Shown here: positions 1 through 12,468 of the stretch, one piece after another
How the letters are laid out: each line of letters begins with the position of its first letter
Position numbering within the stretch: the first letter of the stretch is position 1
Assembly: GCA_951406725.2 (NCBI GenBank)
Contig: OX597817.1
Location: forward strand, 124,620,001 to 124,684,000
Length of the DNA stretch: 64,000 nt
Direction of reading: 5' to 3'
DNA from: Octopus vulgaris
Taxonomy: Eukaryota
The notes under the pieces: generated by a model
The model's input: only the letters and a program-made list of their open reading frames with translations
Told to the model about the DNA's origin: nothing
Database searches by the model: none
Made by a program: the position numbers and the translations under genes

Positions 1-189
1 CGTCAACGATACACACGCAGTCACATTTGTGTGTGTGTGTGTGTATGTCTATCTTCATTTCCTTCAACTATTATCTCAACTAACAGTGATGTAGATGCAG
101 AGCAATTATATCCCAATAGTGGATGACACCAGGTAGCCCAAACTGTGAATGTGCTTTACTCAACACACTAATTGACATATACCCATTAG

Positions 190-225
<36 letters not shown>

Positions 226-410
226 CAAAGAGGTCATAGGCCAACAGGTTTTGGGATCTGAAGATATGCCATAAAGTTACACCCTTTATGGATGGGTAAC
301 CCTGTAAACTGGCCTTCATCAGGAAAATATATATATATACATGTGTGAGTTATCTTAGAGACCATAAGTCAGGGAAAAGATGCACTCATATATCTTTCAG
401 TACAGTGGGT

Positions 411-706
411 ATATTATCCGAAATATATAGTATTAAATATCCATCATCGCTGATCTTATCAATTGCTTTCATGTAAAGGATACAATGGAGTCTTAGGTAA
501 CAATCCGATTACACAAATTTAGCTACTATGGAAGGGAATATGGCGTCTGCTCTCTCTCCATAGTCCCCTTCCATATCAGTTAACTCTGATGAGTATAATG
601 TTATATAATCAGATTGTTACCAAACACTCCATTGTATCCTTTACACAAAATCGATTGGTAATTTCAGTTGTGATGGATGTTTAATACTATATATTTCGAA
701 TAATAT
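411..706. repeat. ~295-bp imperfect fold-back palindrome
   Basis: tattatccgaaatatatagtattaaatatccatc (412-445) pairs with gatggatgtttaatactatatatttcgaataata (672-705); tgtaaaggatacaatggagt..ggtaacaatc pairs with gattgttacc..actccattgtatcctttaca; inner tatggaaggg/cccttccata. Confidence 0.9.
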
Positions 707-845
707 ATATATGTATATATGTGTACAAAGAATTTAAAATGTCTAAAATCAGACCTAATTTTTGTATAAAAAAATCTAAAGGAAGAAAATAAACCTTTGA
801 TAAACAAGATTGTAATAGCATTAAATTTTGGGTAAGTGGGGTTGA

Positions 846-2046
846 TTTTTCCATGTGAAGCAATCTCCATTAAATGTAGGTTGATGCTATTTTTACTCTC
901 TAGCTTAACACTGAAATAAATGTATATAATTACGTGGAGTTACCCCAGTTCATAACTGGTGCCTCATATTATTGACCACTACACTAAAAGGAAGGAACAA
1001 AAAAGAGAATTGACCAGAAAGTAATTTAAATTCAATATATAAAAAAGTGGAATATTACAAGATATTTTCTCAGACACACTAATCTTTCTATCAATCCATT
1101 GTCTAAATCCTTCTCCTCTCCTCCCCTCTCCCCCATCCTATCCACCTCTTCTTCCATCTTTTACTAAATGATTCTTCCATCACAACCTCAAAAAGTTGTA
1201 TTAATACTATGCTTTGCAGAGGAGGTCAGAATAATACCAGAACACAACCAGAGTTGTCTCTTGTAGTTACTGAAATAAAATAGGTCATTGAAATAAAATT
1301 TCTTTGTCTCCAGATAATCATTTCTTGCTAACTATTTTTATCCACTCTAAACCATTATAAATTCTGAATTCTGCATTGTTTTTGTTATTGAGAGCATATT
1401 TCTTGACATAACTGGGAAGAAGAAAAGGTCAGTTATGTTCATTATCAGAAACCAGTATAAGCTCTGTTCATTTTTACATGAACTTTGAACTATATAACTG
1501 ACATTTCTAAAACTAGGCATTTTATGTATTTTTCATTTAACAAGATTTGAACATATAATTGCTGTGATATCATACCTTCATAATAAATAATTATAATGGA
1601 ATTTAAGTATATATATCTTTGACATCTTATGTGTTTGTTGTAAGGAGAATATATAAGAAAGAAAACTGGTCTTTTGAAACCTGAACTTCTTTTTACATAA
1701 TATATTAAGGCTGCAGTAAATAAGTATTCCAGATACATCTATGTATATATATGTATATATGACAAATGCAGAAAGAACTAGAGTTCTTTTGACAACTGAT
1801 ATACAATCAGAAAGTCATCGTATGGCAATAGGCTCTCGACTATAACTGATTACCTTTTGGCAACCATTAATTCTCATCAGCTTCAATGTTTCTGCTATAT
1901 ATTCTTTATGCATAGTGTATCAAACTACAGGAAAAGACCATATTTATATACCTCTCCCCCTGCTTTTTTCCATGTGAAGCAATCTCCATTAAATGTAGGT
2001 TGATGCTATTTTTACTCTCTAGTTTAACACTGAAATAAATGTATAT
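846..2046 (+). repeat. ~80-bp near-identical direct repeat (846-927 and 1965-2046)
   Basis: ttttccatgtgaagcaatctccattaaatgtaggttgatgctatttttactctctag(c/t)ttaacactgaaataaatgtatat occurs twice with one mismatch. Confidence 0.9.
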
Positions 2047-2244
2047 CCATCTATTTCTGTCTGACTGTCTCTCTGCTCATCTTTTTATCTACATACATAC
2101 ATGCCTACATACATGCATACAAACATTCATACATACATTCATACAAACATGCATACATATAAACAAAATAAATAACTATCTATGGTCCACCACTCTACCA
2201 ACTGAGATATTGTGAGTGTGCTTCTTTTTGGGATATATGAACTA

Positions 2245-2247
<3 letters not shown>

Positions 2248-2292
<45 letters not shown>

Positions 2293-2324
2293 CATATTTA
2301 TGTATGCATGTATGTATATATGTA

Positions 2325-2394
<70 letters not shown>

Positions 2395-2421
2395 CATACA
2401 TACATATATATATATATATAC
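2248..2421. repeat. compound (TA)n/(TCTA)n/(TC)n microsatellite
   Basis: read directly. Confidence 0.95.
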
Positions 2422-3929
2422 ATATTGACAAATTTTTGGATTATTGTGATGATAAATGGAAAATGACAAGTTTATAGTTAAAATGTATGGTGTGCAGAAG
2501 AGTCTAAATAAAAAGCCAAAACACTGATTGGACAGTAGAATTATGTGAAGTTACTATTGGTCGATAGGACGTAATGGGAAAATATTGCAAAAGAGATATA
2601 TATCCCTTATTTTCTTTATTTTATAATTTGTTTTTGCCCTCGTAGTGTAAAAGTAATTCATACGAAATAATGATCTCACTAAGTTTGTACTGTAGAGTAA
2701 TACTTTGTTTAGTCACGTTTGTTTTTACTCATGTATAGTTTCTATAATGAGTACCCAGTGTAAATTAAGGTTACACAAGAGATGCAGTGAGATATCAGGC
2801 AAACTGTAAGAAAAGAAGTACTTTGCATAAAGAGGAGTAATCATAGCAGTAAGTGCACTGATGAAATCAAGCCATTGAAATAATTGGTAGTTGATAGTAG
2901 TCAAGAGTTGTTACCTATGTGAGCTAATCAATTGTGGAGATAGAGATAAGTCTTCCAAAAGCATATTAGATAAAGAAATAAAAGCTTAGAAAACATTCAA
3001 AGAGCTATAACCACTGCTAATAAGAACCTGTTTCTCTATTTGGAAGGAGTTGCTACATTTGGTGAAGTAAAAATCAACTTGGAACTGAAATGAAAATAAA
3101 GATCAATTGAGATAGTAAAAGGAACAACAATCTCTAGAACTTAGGGATGGCAGCAGTTTAAGGAATAAATGCATAATTACCTCATATCCAAATACTGCTA
3201 TCCATGCCATTGTTATGCAGTGAGTGAAAGGAAAAAAAACTGATAGTTGCACATGCAAATCTACAAATAGTCAGAGAAAATCTTTTAAGACAAAAAAGAG
3301 GGAAAATCTCAGGGAAAATAAACTCAACATAAAGCCAGACACAATCAAGAATGAGTAATTTCTTTAAAACAACACTGATACCCACTTCTCAGAAAGATAA
3401 TTTTACCAAAAATGGGAGACAGATGAACGAAGATTTGCCAAAATTCAAGCAATTAACTGATAAAATGATGTATATTTGGTGCCATGGATTTCCAAAGAGT
3501 TAGAATGACACAAAAACAATTTGTTTTCAGAATACTAGCAACATGCAAAAGATAGGTTATCCATAACAATAAAACTAAGTCTTAACAATGAACTAAAAAG
3601 GGTATATCCCCCAAAACATCGTAATTTTTGAATACCAAAAGTGCTTAACTGTATATTTTGTTGCATTTGTGCTCAGTATGAACAATAGTTCATGAATAGG
3701 GTTGTTGAATGCAGCAACCCAACCTATCTAGTACTTTGTATGTGTTATTCCCTTCTATTATATCTTGTGCATATTTTATTTATTTCTGTACAAATATATG
3801 TACTTCTAGAATCTTAATACATCCAATTATATATTGCATAATGTCTCTCACCATCTCCTTTTCTTATTTGTAAACTTGTCTTCTACATTCAGCTCTTCTT
3901 TGTGACCCTGAGTGAGAGTTTTGATTTTT

Positions 3930-5095
3930 TTTATATCTCTTTGGGATATTGTTTTTACTTTCATACTCAGAATCCTGCTTATTTCAGTTTCAAAATCCGT
4001 GTATTTGGACAGTTTCTTACTTTCTTCTGGGTGATATTTTATTTAGAAGAGATTGATATGCTCTTCAATCCACGAAAACTTTTCTTCCTGTCCATGGTAA
4101 TTATATCGGGTCTGTTTTGTTGATCTCTCACAGTCAGGGCAGGTATGTCCCAGGTGATTATGATCTCACTTCTTATATGTTTTCATGTCAAAATGTTATT
4201 CTTTGATAAGTAAACACAGGTACCAACTAGATCATATCTGTGGAAATACACAGAACTGAGCACCCATAAGTAGCCTTACCAACTGCCTCATTGTACTAAC
4301 TGCAAAGTCTGCACTTAATGTTAGCTGTTCATTTTCTTTATTTTTGTAGCTATTTGTGCTTAAACGTTGATTTTGTGAAGCTAAAGTCAGACTTGTTTCT
4401 GCTTTTAGTCCAGAGCCTTCAAGTCATTCTTTGCCGTGACTTATTTATTTTTCCTTTATTGAAACTTGCGAGGGATTAGCTATGATTGAGAGGAGGGCGT
4501 TGTTTGTTCAATTTTTTTCGTTTTTTAGTATATTTTCAAATTTCTGTAATTGATTGATTTTTTTTCTTGTGTGTAAAAACGTTTCTGTTGCAAGTTCTAA
4601 AATCTCTCTGTTGCTTTGTTCTATAAATAGTTTTCATCAGTGTAGCTAGTTTAAATTTTGTAATTTATTTTTTCCTTATAGAGGGAAAAAAGTTTTTTGT
4701 TGTTTTTTCATGTTTCCTTATTACTTCAATCAATTTTTTGTTGTTTTATTCCAAGTACTTTTGTAATCCTACTCTTGTTAATTTGTATTAGTTTTTCTAT
4801 TTATGTCAGACTCCATCCTCCATGTGTATGGGGTAAGTACAACCTATCTCTGCTATCCCTCTGACTTCATCAATTCAGTTAACTACCAATTTAATTGAAG
4901 CTGTCGTTTATGACTGGGTTGTCTAGTATAATTATACTTGTCATTTTATTTTTAGCAATGAATTAATGTTTAATATTATTAGTCCAACTCTCCTGTAGTA
5001 CACTTTTCTAATTTTCTCCATTTCTAATTTTCGCCAACATGTTGTTGTATCTTATCAGTTTCAGCTACTTCTAAATATTGTATGGGTAGTCTTAA
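3930..5095 (-). mobile_element. degenerate R4/Dong-clade non-LTR retrotransposon, 3' half (post-RT region, Zn knuckle, restriction-like endonuclease)
   Basis: Minus-strand translation by eye gives, in order: MEKIRKVYYRRV (~5020-4985), DRLYLPHTHGGWSL (~4845-4805), GSGLKAETSLTLASQNQRL (~4420-4365), KCRLCS...GCSVL...HRYDLVG (~4315-4220), ITWDIP...NRPDII (~4160-4100), KYTDFETEISRI (~4005-3970); many stops and frameshifts. Confidence 0.85.
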
Positions 5096-6888
5096 GTACT
5101 TTTATGAGTACATTACCTAACAATCCACTTATTTTAATTTCAAGTTACATGTACTTTGATAGATTCTCAACCTCCTTCCAGGCAATGTTTTAGTCAGAAG
5201 AGATGGATTTGTATTTCCAAGAAAAGAACTTTTCATTCTGTCCTTGATAATTATAACAACAGTTTGCTTTAATCACCTTGTCAAACTGGACACACATATC
5301 CCACATTAGTGTAGCCAAGCAGTTTTAAACATACCATGTTTAATATATGCTTATATCTCATCTTATCTATTTTTATGTTGAAGTGTCAGAATATTATGCA
5401 ATGGAGTTAGCTGCTGACTTGATTATGTCAGTGAATACAGTTGGAGTTAGAAAGGACTGTGTAACAATAAATGTCATAATCAATTGTATCACAGTACTGA
5501 TGGCAATATCTGCACTGGATACTGTTTTTTATATTACTTTATTCTTATAGTTATTAATGGTTTGGCATTAATCCTTTGCATCTACCATCAGGCTTTCTAT
5601 TTCTGCTTTCAACCCAGAGCTAAAGTTAGCTTTCTCCCTGACTGCCAATTCATGTAGGGTATTGACCAGAGACTTTTCCTTTCATGCAGTTGCTTTCACA
5701 AATTTGTCTAGAAACATTCTTGTTTTTATATTTTTCTGAATTGATGTATAATTTTTAATACTTTCTCTAGTTGTGTATTATACCCTATAAACAGTGTTAA
5801 GTCAACCAAAGAGAAAAGATGATTTGCAATTTGTCCATAATATTTGTAACTAATGTGGGTTTTATTCTGTAGATTTGTTAATGGGGTCAAAGCTATGCAA
5901 AAAGGCAGAAGAAAAATGTCTTTCTGAAAGATTAATCTTTCAAAGGATATATGGCTGGTTGTATTTATCTTTCCTTTTCCTTGCAGGAGAGAAACCAAAT
6001 TAGTTTCATTTTCTTGCAGTAGCCATATTACTTATGTTGGTAATATCTTTAACAAAAGATTATTAACTCAGTTCACCTTATTTCCTTTTCTGCCTTGAAG
6101 TCTGCAGTCTGGCAATTATGTGAGAAATTATTATTATTATTATTATAGAGATAGAGATATCACAATGCTATCTCGGCAAACTTATCACTGTCTCTAGCTA
6201 AAACATGAAATATATACTGCAGTATTTTCTATGGAACAATAAATATCATTGTTTCATATTTTGCATAAAAGTAAATGAAGCTTAAAGATACTATAAGCAA
6301 GACTACACACACACACACACATCTATGTACTTCAAAAATGTTATACAGAGTAAAATAAAGATAGTATTACAAAGCCAAGTAAACGAATTTTCTTGAGAAT
6401 TAACTGCAGACTGTTTTCAGGATAAATTCCATTTAGTCTAGTAAGAAATTTCAGACTTTCATTCCATAAAGTCCATATGATATAGAATTCTACATTCAAT
6501 GTCTGTTGCAAATTATAGGAGAAAATTTGTAAGAGAATTATAATTCTATAATAATATTTCCTCCTATTAACTCTTCGTTAATGATAAAATGATTTAAAAA
6601 TAAAACACTGTGAATGTTACTATTTCAAACAGCACTTATATCACTTGATCTTCATACCGTAGTATTCCTGCTGTCGAGGCATGGAAAAGTTTTTTAAGCA
6701 ATAGTTTCTACTTTTGCTTGTCTTTAGTTTTCCAAGACCAGCTGCTCCAATACAGAAATAAATATTGTTGTAACTTCTATGAAGGCATTTTGAGCTTGGT
6801 CAACCCTGGTGGTGTTTATATTATTTCGCCAGGATATAAATGTTGTTGGCTCTCAAGGGTCAAATAATTTTTAAAATTCTGCTCAGTT

Positions 6889-7289
6889 AGGCGTAGGAGT
6901 GGCTGTGTGGTAAGTAGCTTGCTTACCAACCACATGGTTCCGGGTTCAGTCCCACTGTATGGCACCTTGGGCAAGTGTCTTCTACTATAGCCTTGGGCTG
7001 ACCAAAGCCTTGTGAGTGGATTTGGTAGACGGAAACTGAAAAGAAGCCCATAGTATATATGTATATATATATATATGCATGTGTGTGTTTGTGTGTCTGT
7101 GTTTGTCCCCCTAGCATTGTTTGACAACCGATGCTGGTGTTTTTATGTCCCTGTTACTTAGCGGTTCGGCAAAAGAGACCGATAGAATAAGTACTGGGCA
7201 TACAAAAGAATAAGTCCCGGTGTTGAGTTGCTCGATTAAAGGTGGTGCTCCAGCATGGCCGCAGTCAAATGACTGAAAGAAGTAAAAGA

Positions 7290-7298
<9 letters not shown>
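6889..7298 (+). mobile_element. tRNA-derived SINE, family A (~410 bp)
   Basis: A-box-like tggctgtgtggtaag, B-box-like gggttcagtccc, internal (TA)/(TG) tract, (gtaaaaga)n tail; at least 11 copies in window. Confidence 0.9.
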
Positions 7299-7325
<27 letters not shown>

Positions 7326-9007
7326 ATACATATTACTTACTGGAGGATCTAGTTAACAACCACTCCAAAATGTTTTTTTAGTACAACCACTCAAACATGT
7401 TTTTCAAGTATTTGGTGACATAATTACTTATAGCAAGTTTCCATTTGTTTCTAATGGAAAGGTCTTGACCTGATACACATGAAACTAATCCTTACTTCAA
7501 AATTTGAGGCATTATGCCAATGTTACTAATCAATATTTATATATTCAGTATGTTTATCAATCATCAACCTGTGTCTGATGTTGGATGTGTACATAGAATC
7601 TTATTGAATTCACACTAGGAACTTATACTCTTATTGGTTTAGCCATGGAAGCATGCAGAATTGTCCTGTACTATGTTGTGAGGCCTAGAATTGAAACCTT
7701 GCAATACTGATAGCTAGGTGCTGTCTACAGTGTAGTTCAGGCAACATGCTCTGATTACTGACCAATCAACTTTCAGAAATACCAATCCAAACAGTAGAAC
7801 TTTCTATGGATTTCCATGGTTGTTCCTATGCAAAAGGGGTTATAAAACTGAAATTTTGCCAAGATCAGCTGCTTAGGTTGAGAAAGCTATAAGATGACAC
7901 ACATCCTTACCTCTCACAATAATCAAACCAGAGCATTGCTCACCGTAGCAAAAGCAATTAATCCTTACAATGATTAATTTTTTCCTTTGTTTCAGTATAG
8001 AGTAAAAAGGATTTCTGGAATAATGATGAATAAGCTTATTTCCTGCCTTTCCAGCAATACTAATTTGCTTCTGTTCACAGTTTGATCACGGCTCAGTTTG
8101 ATTTCACCTTCTTAGAATACACCACTGGCAACTAGCATGAAGACTATCATTTATAAATGTACATATTGTAATTACCTAAATAACAAAGAAATTTATTTCA
8201 ACTCTGTGCTCATTAGGTTTGTTATTAGGATGCGCCACAGCCAACAAACACCAACACAAGGACCCACACATCAAACCTTAAAAATATATCAAAGAAGATA
8301 TTTCTTGACAATCAATAATCAAATCCATCAAAGCATTACCAATAGACAAAATAGATTGATATACAAAAGAGAAGATATGCAAGTATGTTCCAAAACGTAG
8401 GCCTCAGTTTTGTTCCTGAATAATTGAAATTTTACACAAGAAGTTTTTTCAAGCAGATCATAAATCATATGACAATTTTTGTCAGTCTGATATTTTCTTT
8501 ATTCTTGTATATTCTATTTTCTATATTCTTCATAATCACAACCAATACAATAATAGTGGGAAAAGTTACTGTTCAGAAACTAATTCATTTAGAGTAATTA
8601 TGTAAATTAGTACAATATTTTTCATGAAGAACATATGTTACCAAAAAAATAAAATAAAACAACTGTAATTGTTTTTCTTTAAATTTAGGTTCTATATTTC
8701 TTTATTTTTGTTTTTAATTTTTTGATTTTATTTTGCACGTGTTAATGAATCTCAACTTGAACCTTTTTCTGTATTGCTTATATGCTATAATTGAAAATGA
8801 ATTAATGGCCCTAAACAAGCTGAAATGCTCAGTAACTGTTTTTTAAAGCAATTTATCTAAATTATAGTGAATTTAAATGATTGCTTTTGTTTTTTAAATA
8901 TTACTGAAGCCAAGCAATGCTGGGCACTGCAGTAAATTTATAATAGGACTGATATATCACAAGGTTTATGGTCTCAAAAATTATAATTGTATTAAAAATA
9001 ATTAATC

Positions 9008-9612
9008 TCTGCCGAGGTTGACTTTGCCTTTTATCCTTTCAGGCTTGACAAAATAAGTACTAGTTAAGCACTGGGGTTGATGTAATTAACTTCCCCACTT
9101 CTTCCAAATTGCTGGCCTTGTGTCAGAATTTGAAATGAATTAAAATGAACATTTCTATCTTCACTGAAGTTGACAAACTGGCAGAATTGTTAGCATGTTG
9201 GGCAAAATGCTTAGTGACATTTTATTCATCATTACATTCTGAGTTCTAATTCTGACAAGGTCAGTCTTGATTTTTATTCTGTCAGGGCCATTAAAATAAG
9301 TACCAGCTGAGCCCTGGGGGTTGATGTAATCAACTAATCCTCTCCCCAAGAATTTCAGACGTTGTGCATCTAGCAGAAAAGATTATTATTATTATAATTA
9401 AAGTGGTGAGCAGGCAGAATCATTAGCATGCCAAGCAAAATGATAGCAACATTTCATTAATCTTTACATTCTGAGTTCAAAATCTGCCAAGGGCAACCTT
9501 GCTTTCCAATCTTTCAGGGTCAATAAAAATACCAGTTGTGTACTGGGGTTTGATGTAACTGACTTAACCATCCCACGAACTTGCTGGCCTTATGTCAGAA
9601 TTTGGAACCAAT
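9008..9612 (+). mobile_element. three tandem diverged family B SINE copies (~9008-9135, 9175-9385, 9400-9612)
   Basis: repeated ggcagaat..ttagcatg..aaatgcttag..acattctgagttc..gactttgcctt..aagtaccag..ctggggttgatgtaat. Confidence 0.8.
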
Positions 9613-10231
9613 ATTTCTACCTTCACTTATGTAACTGTTTCATTCTTCACATAGTTACAATTAAACTGTAGAGGATATAAGAGATTGTTCTTGATGTTGT
9701 CAAGTAAACCTTAGAGTCAGTGCTGACTGAGTATACCTTATGAAATGGATAAAATTAACCGAACAGCTAGATGCAACCCACAGAACTACTGATACAGTTA
9801 TACTTAAGGGACAGGTGTAGTTTTCCAACTACTTTGTTCTAGGTACAGTTCTATTGCATAGCAAATTGGGCATATTCTGCTATAACCCCAAACCAACCAA
9901 AAGCCTTGGATCTGATTAACGGAAATTAAAAGAAGCCCCTTGTGTGTGCATGTGTCCGTACTTACATGATGTGAGTTGGCATCACTCACATCATGTCACA
10001 CACGTTGCATTGATGTGTGTGAGTTCGCGTCACTTACATGATTGATGTAAACAAGTTTCACCAATATAGAAGCTGCATCCTTCATTTCCAAACAACCATG
10101 GAAATATGTCCAACCATGAGGAACTATTACCTCAGTTGGAAACAGGTGATGGTTGGTGACTGGAAAGGAAACTGGCTGCAGAAATCTGCCTCAAAAAATT
10201 ACATCTGACCAATGCAAACATGGAAATGAAG

Positions 10232-11042
10232 ACATTAAGGAAAACAGACATTAAATAAGGATGTATAAATCTATGTCTTAACCAAGGATTTATATTTCTA
10301 GGGTACGATATATCGAGCATAGTATTACTTATAACACAACAGTTAATGCTGGAACTATACTTTGTCACTGTTGGTAATATCAGGTAATGATAGCTCAGTA
10401 ATTAATTGAAAATTGAATGATGTTATGGATAACATGATTATGCAAATATACATGTAAGAAAGTTATTTGAATTTATTTTATTTTAATTTTATAAAACCTT
10501 ATATTTTAAAAGCAATATTCATTTCATTATTTTAGATGTGTCCCATGAAAGTTGAAAGCAGTAAAACTAATATTTTTGCATGGAGAGGTATATATATGGA
10601 GAGGCAGAATAGATAGCTCACTGACAAAATGGTTGCAGCATTTTGTCTGTCTTTACATTCTGAGTTCAAATTCTGCTGAAGTTGACTTTGTCTTTCCCCC
10701 ATTTGGGGTTGATGAAATAAGTATCAGTTGAGCACTAAGGTTGATGTAATTATCCTGACCTCTTTCCCAAAATGGTTGGCTTTGTGCCAAAATTTGAAAC
10801 CAATATTGTTGCATGGAATAACATTATTTAATGATATTTAGATTAGCAACATTATCCATTATTTGGCAAGTAATGCTCCAGTCTCTGTATAAATTTACCA
10901 ACTAATATGCTGCAATACTTATACACAGCGTAAGTAATACTATGGTTGATATATTGTACACTAGAAATATAAATCCTTGGTTATGACATATATAAATAGA
11001 TTTATATATACATCCTCATTTAATGTCTGATCTCCTTAGATG
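10232..11042. repeat. ~100-bp inverted repeat (10232-10332 / 10930-11042) enclosing a family B SINE (~10600-10805)
   Basis: taaccaaggatttatatttctagggtacgatatatcgagcatagtattactta is the reverse complement of taagtaatactatggttgatatattgtacactagaaatataaatccttggtta, with a few mismatches. Confidence 0.8.
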
Positions 11043-12191
11043 TATGTATATATATATATATATATCACCATCATTTTCATCAATTAATTTTACTACTCAA
11101 TTAGGCCATGAAGGTCTTTTAACAACTTGACATGAGGACTGAACAGATCATGTCCTATATTTAACAGTCCAGCAGGATTTGCTCCCCACTCATACCCAAA
11201 CTGCTAATGAGAATAGCAGAAAGCTGATTCTTAAAAAGAAAAAAAAAATTAATGCCACTAATACAACTCAGTTACAAAATGGTACAAAGCTGATGATCCA
11301 GCATTAATTATCAAAATACCAATACAAAAGAATAGCTTTTGAATAAATAAATATTCAGAGCCATATCTCTATACACTTTCTGTAAAATTAGGCCTAGCGA
11401 AGGCCTTTACAACATCTTTTCAATCTACATTCTGTATTAGCTTTACTATAATCCTTTCTCCTATCAATAAGTCATTTTTGCTTCTATAAAATGGTATGTC
11501 TTTGGTAATTTTGATGCAGCTGACATCAGACAGCAGACATTAGCAATACTATCTTAAACTATCTGATTAGCTAATCAAATAATTTGTACTACCTTTATTT
11601 CCCCTGAAGCTTTCAACATCATTTCACCAACTTTCCATCTTCTCTCTCAGATTCGTTTTCTTAATTATCTCTTGTGCAATTAATTACTACTCACGCAAGC
11701 TCCTTAATTAACTTCTATAGCTGTCTCAGTTCTAGAATTATATAATAAAGCATACCTTGTTAATGAAGTGTATCTAGATCAGTACTAATGCTACACACAA
11801 ACATCCAACATGACATCTCCCAAGAAGTCTTGTCATTCTCCTCCTCACCGGCAAAAACTCAATACAACCACTCTCCTTTATTACTGTTACTAAATGAGAT
11901 TTCTGTAGTTTACCTAACGGCATATCGACCTTCAGTTAAGACCCTTGATATAACCTTTTCTCTTTTGGTTATCCCTGTGTCCAGTATCACAAATTCCCCA
12001 CACTAAATATTATTATCTAAAATTTGCAGCCCACTGAAATTCCCTTTCACTTGCTTAGCATATGTTTTACTGCATATATCAAAGAGTACATGTTTAAACT
12101 CAATATTAACTGCCTTGATCCAGGCTGAGAGAGATTACTAGGATCATGGGCTCTACTTCGCATGTTTAGATCATCTAATTAAAGATAAGGC

Positions 12192-12231
<40 letters not shown>

Positions 12232-12264
12232 GAAGTTTAGTGCAGGTGTAATTCAAATACTTTT

Positions 12265-12353
12265 ACTTCCGACACATGTTTCAAAGATATCACTGATATT
12301 TTTCCAAAGGAATAAAATGGTGTAAAACAATGTAATGTTCTCTTCAGGGAAGT
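12265..12353 (-). ncRNA. type I hammerhead ribozyme motif
   Basis: minus strand: acttcc CTGAAGA [~58-nt stem/loop II] GAAA catgtg TC ggaagt; perfect 6-bp stem I, intact core, GUC cleavage triplet, minimal stem III. Confidence 0.7.
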
Positions 12354-12468
12354 GAAGAAATGAAACTCGTCAATAAGACATTTTAACATTTGCTACCCTG
12401 ATAACTATTTATCTAATTTTTCAATGTTAATTGTTAACAAGGGAAAAATACACACATTTATTTATATA

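Noticed and set aside
583-640. Hammerhead at ctgatgag...caaac within the first palindrome
   Set aside because: GAAA is CAAA and stem I does not pair; at best a decayed relic.
2855-2895. ctgatga aatcaagccatt gaaa taattggta
   Set aside because: Core present but stems I and III do not pair.
6889-6965. tRNA gene
   Set aside because: A/B-box-like head of a SINE; no convincing cloverleaf.
6816-7127. Recurrent peptides such as RLPNPLTRLWSA / GLNPEPCGW
   Set aside because: Translations of SINE family A, not a gene family.
11100-12170. Possible very old LINE on the minus strand
   Set aside because: Only vague motif similarity (IPFYRSKND); cannot be supported by eye.
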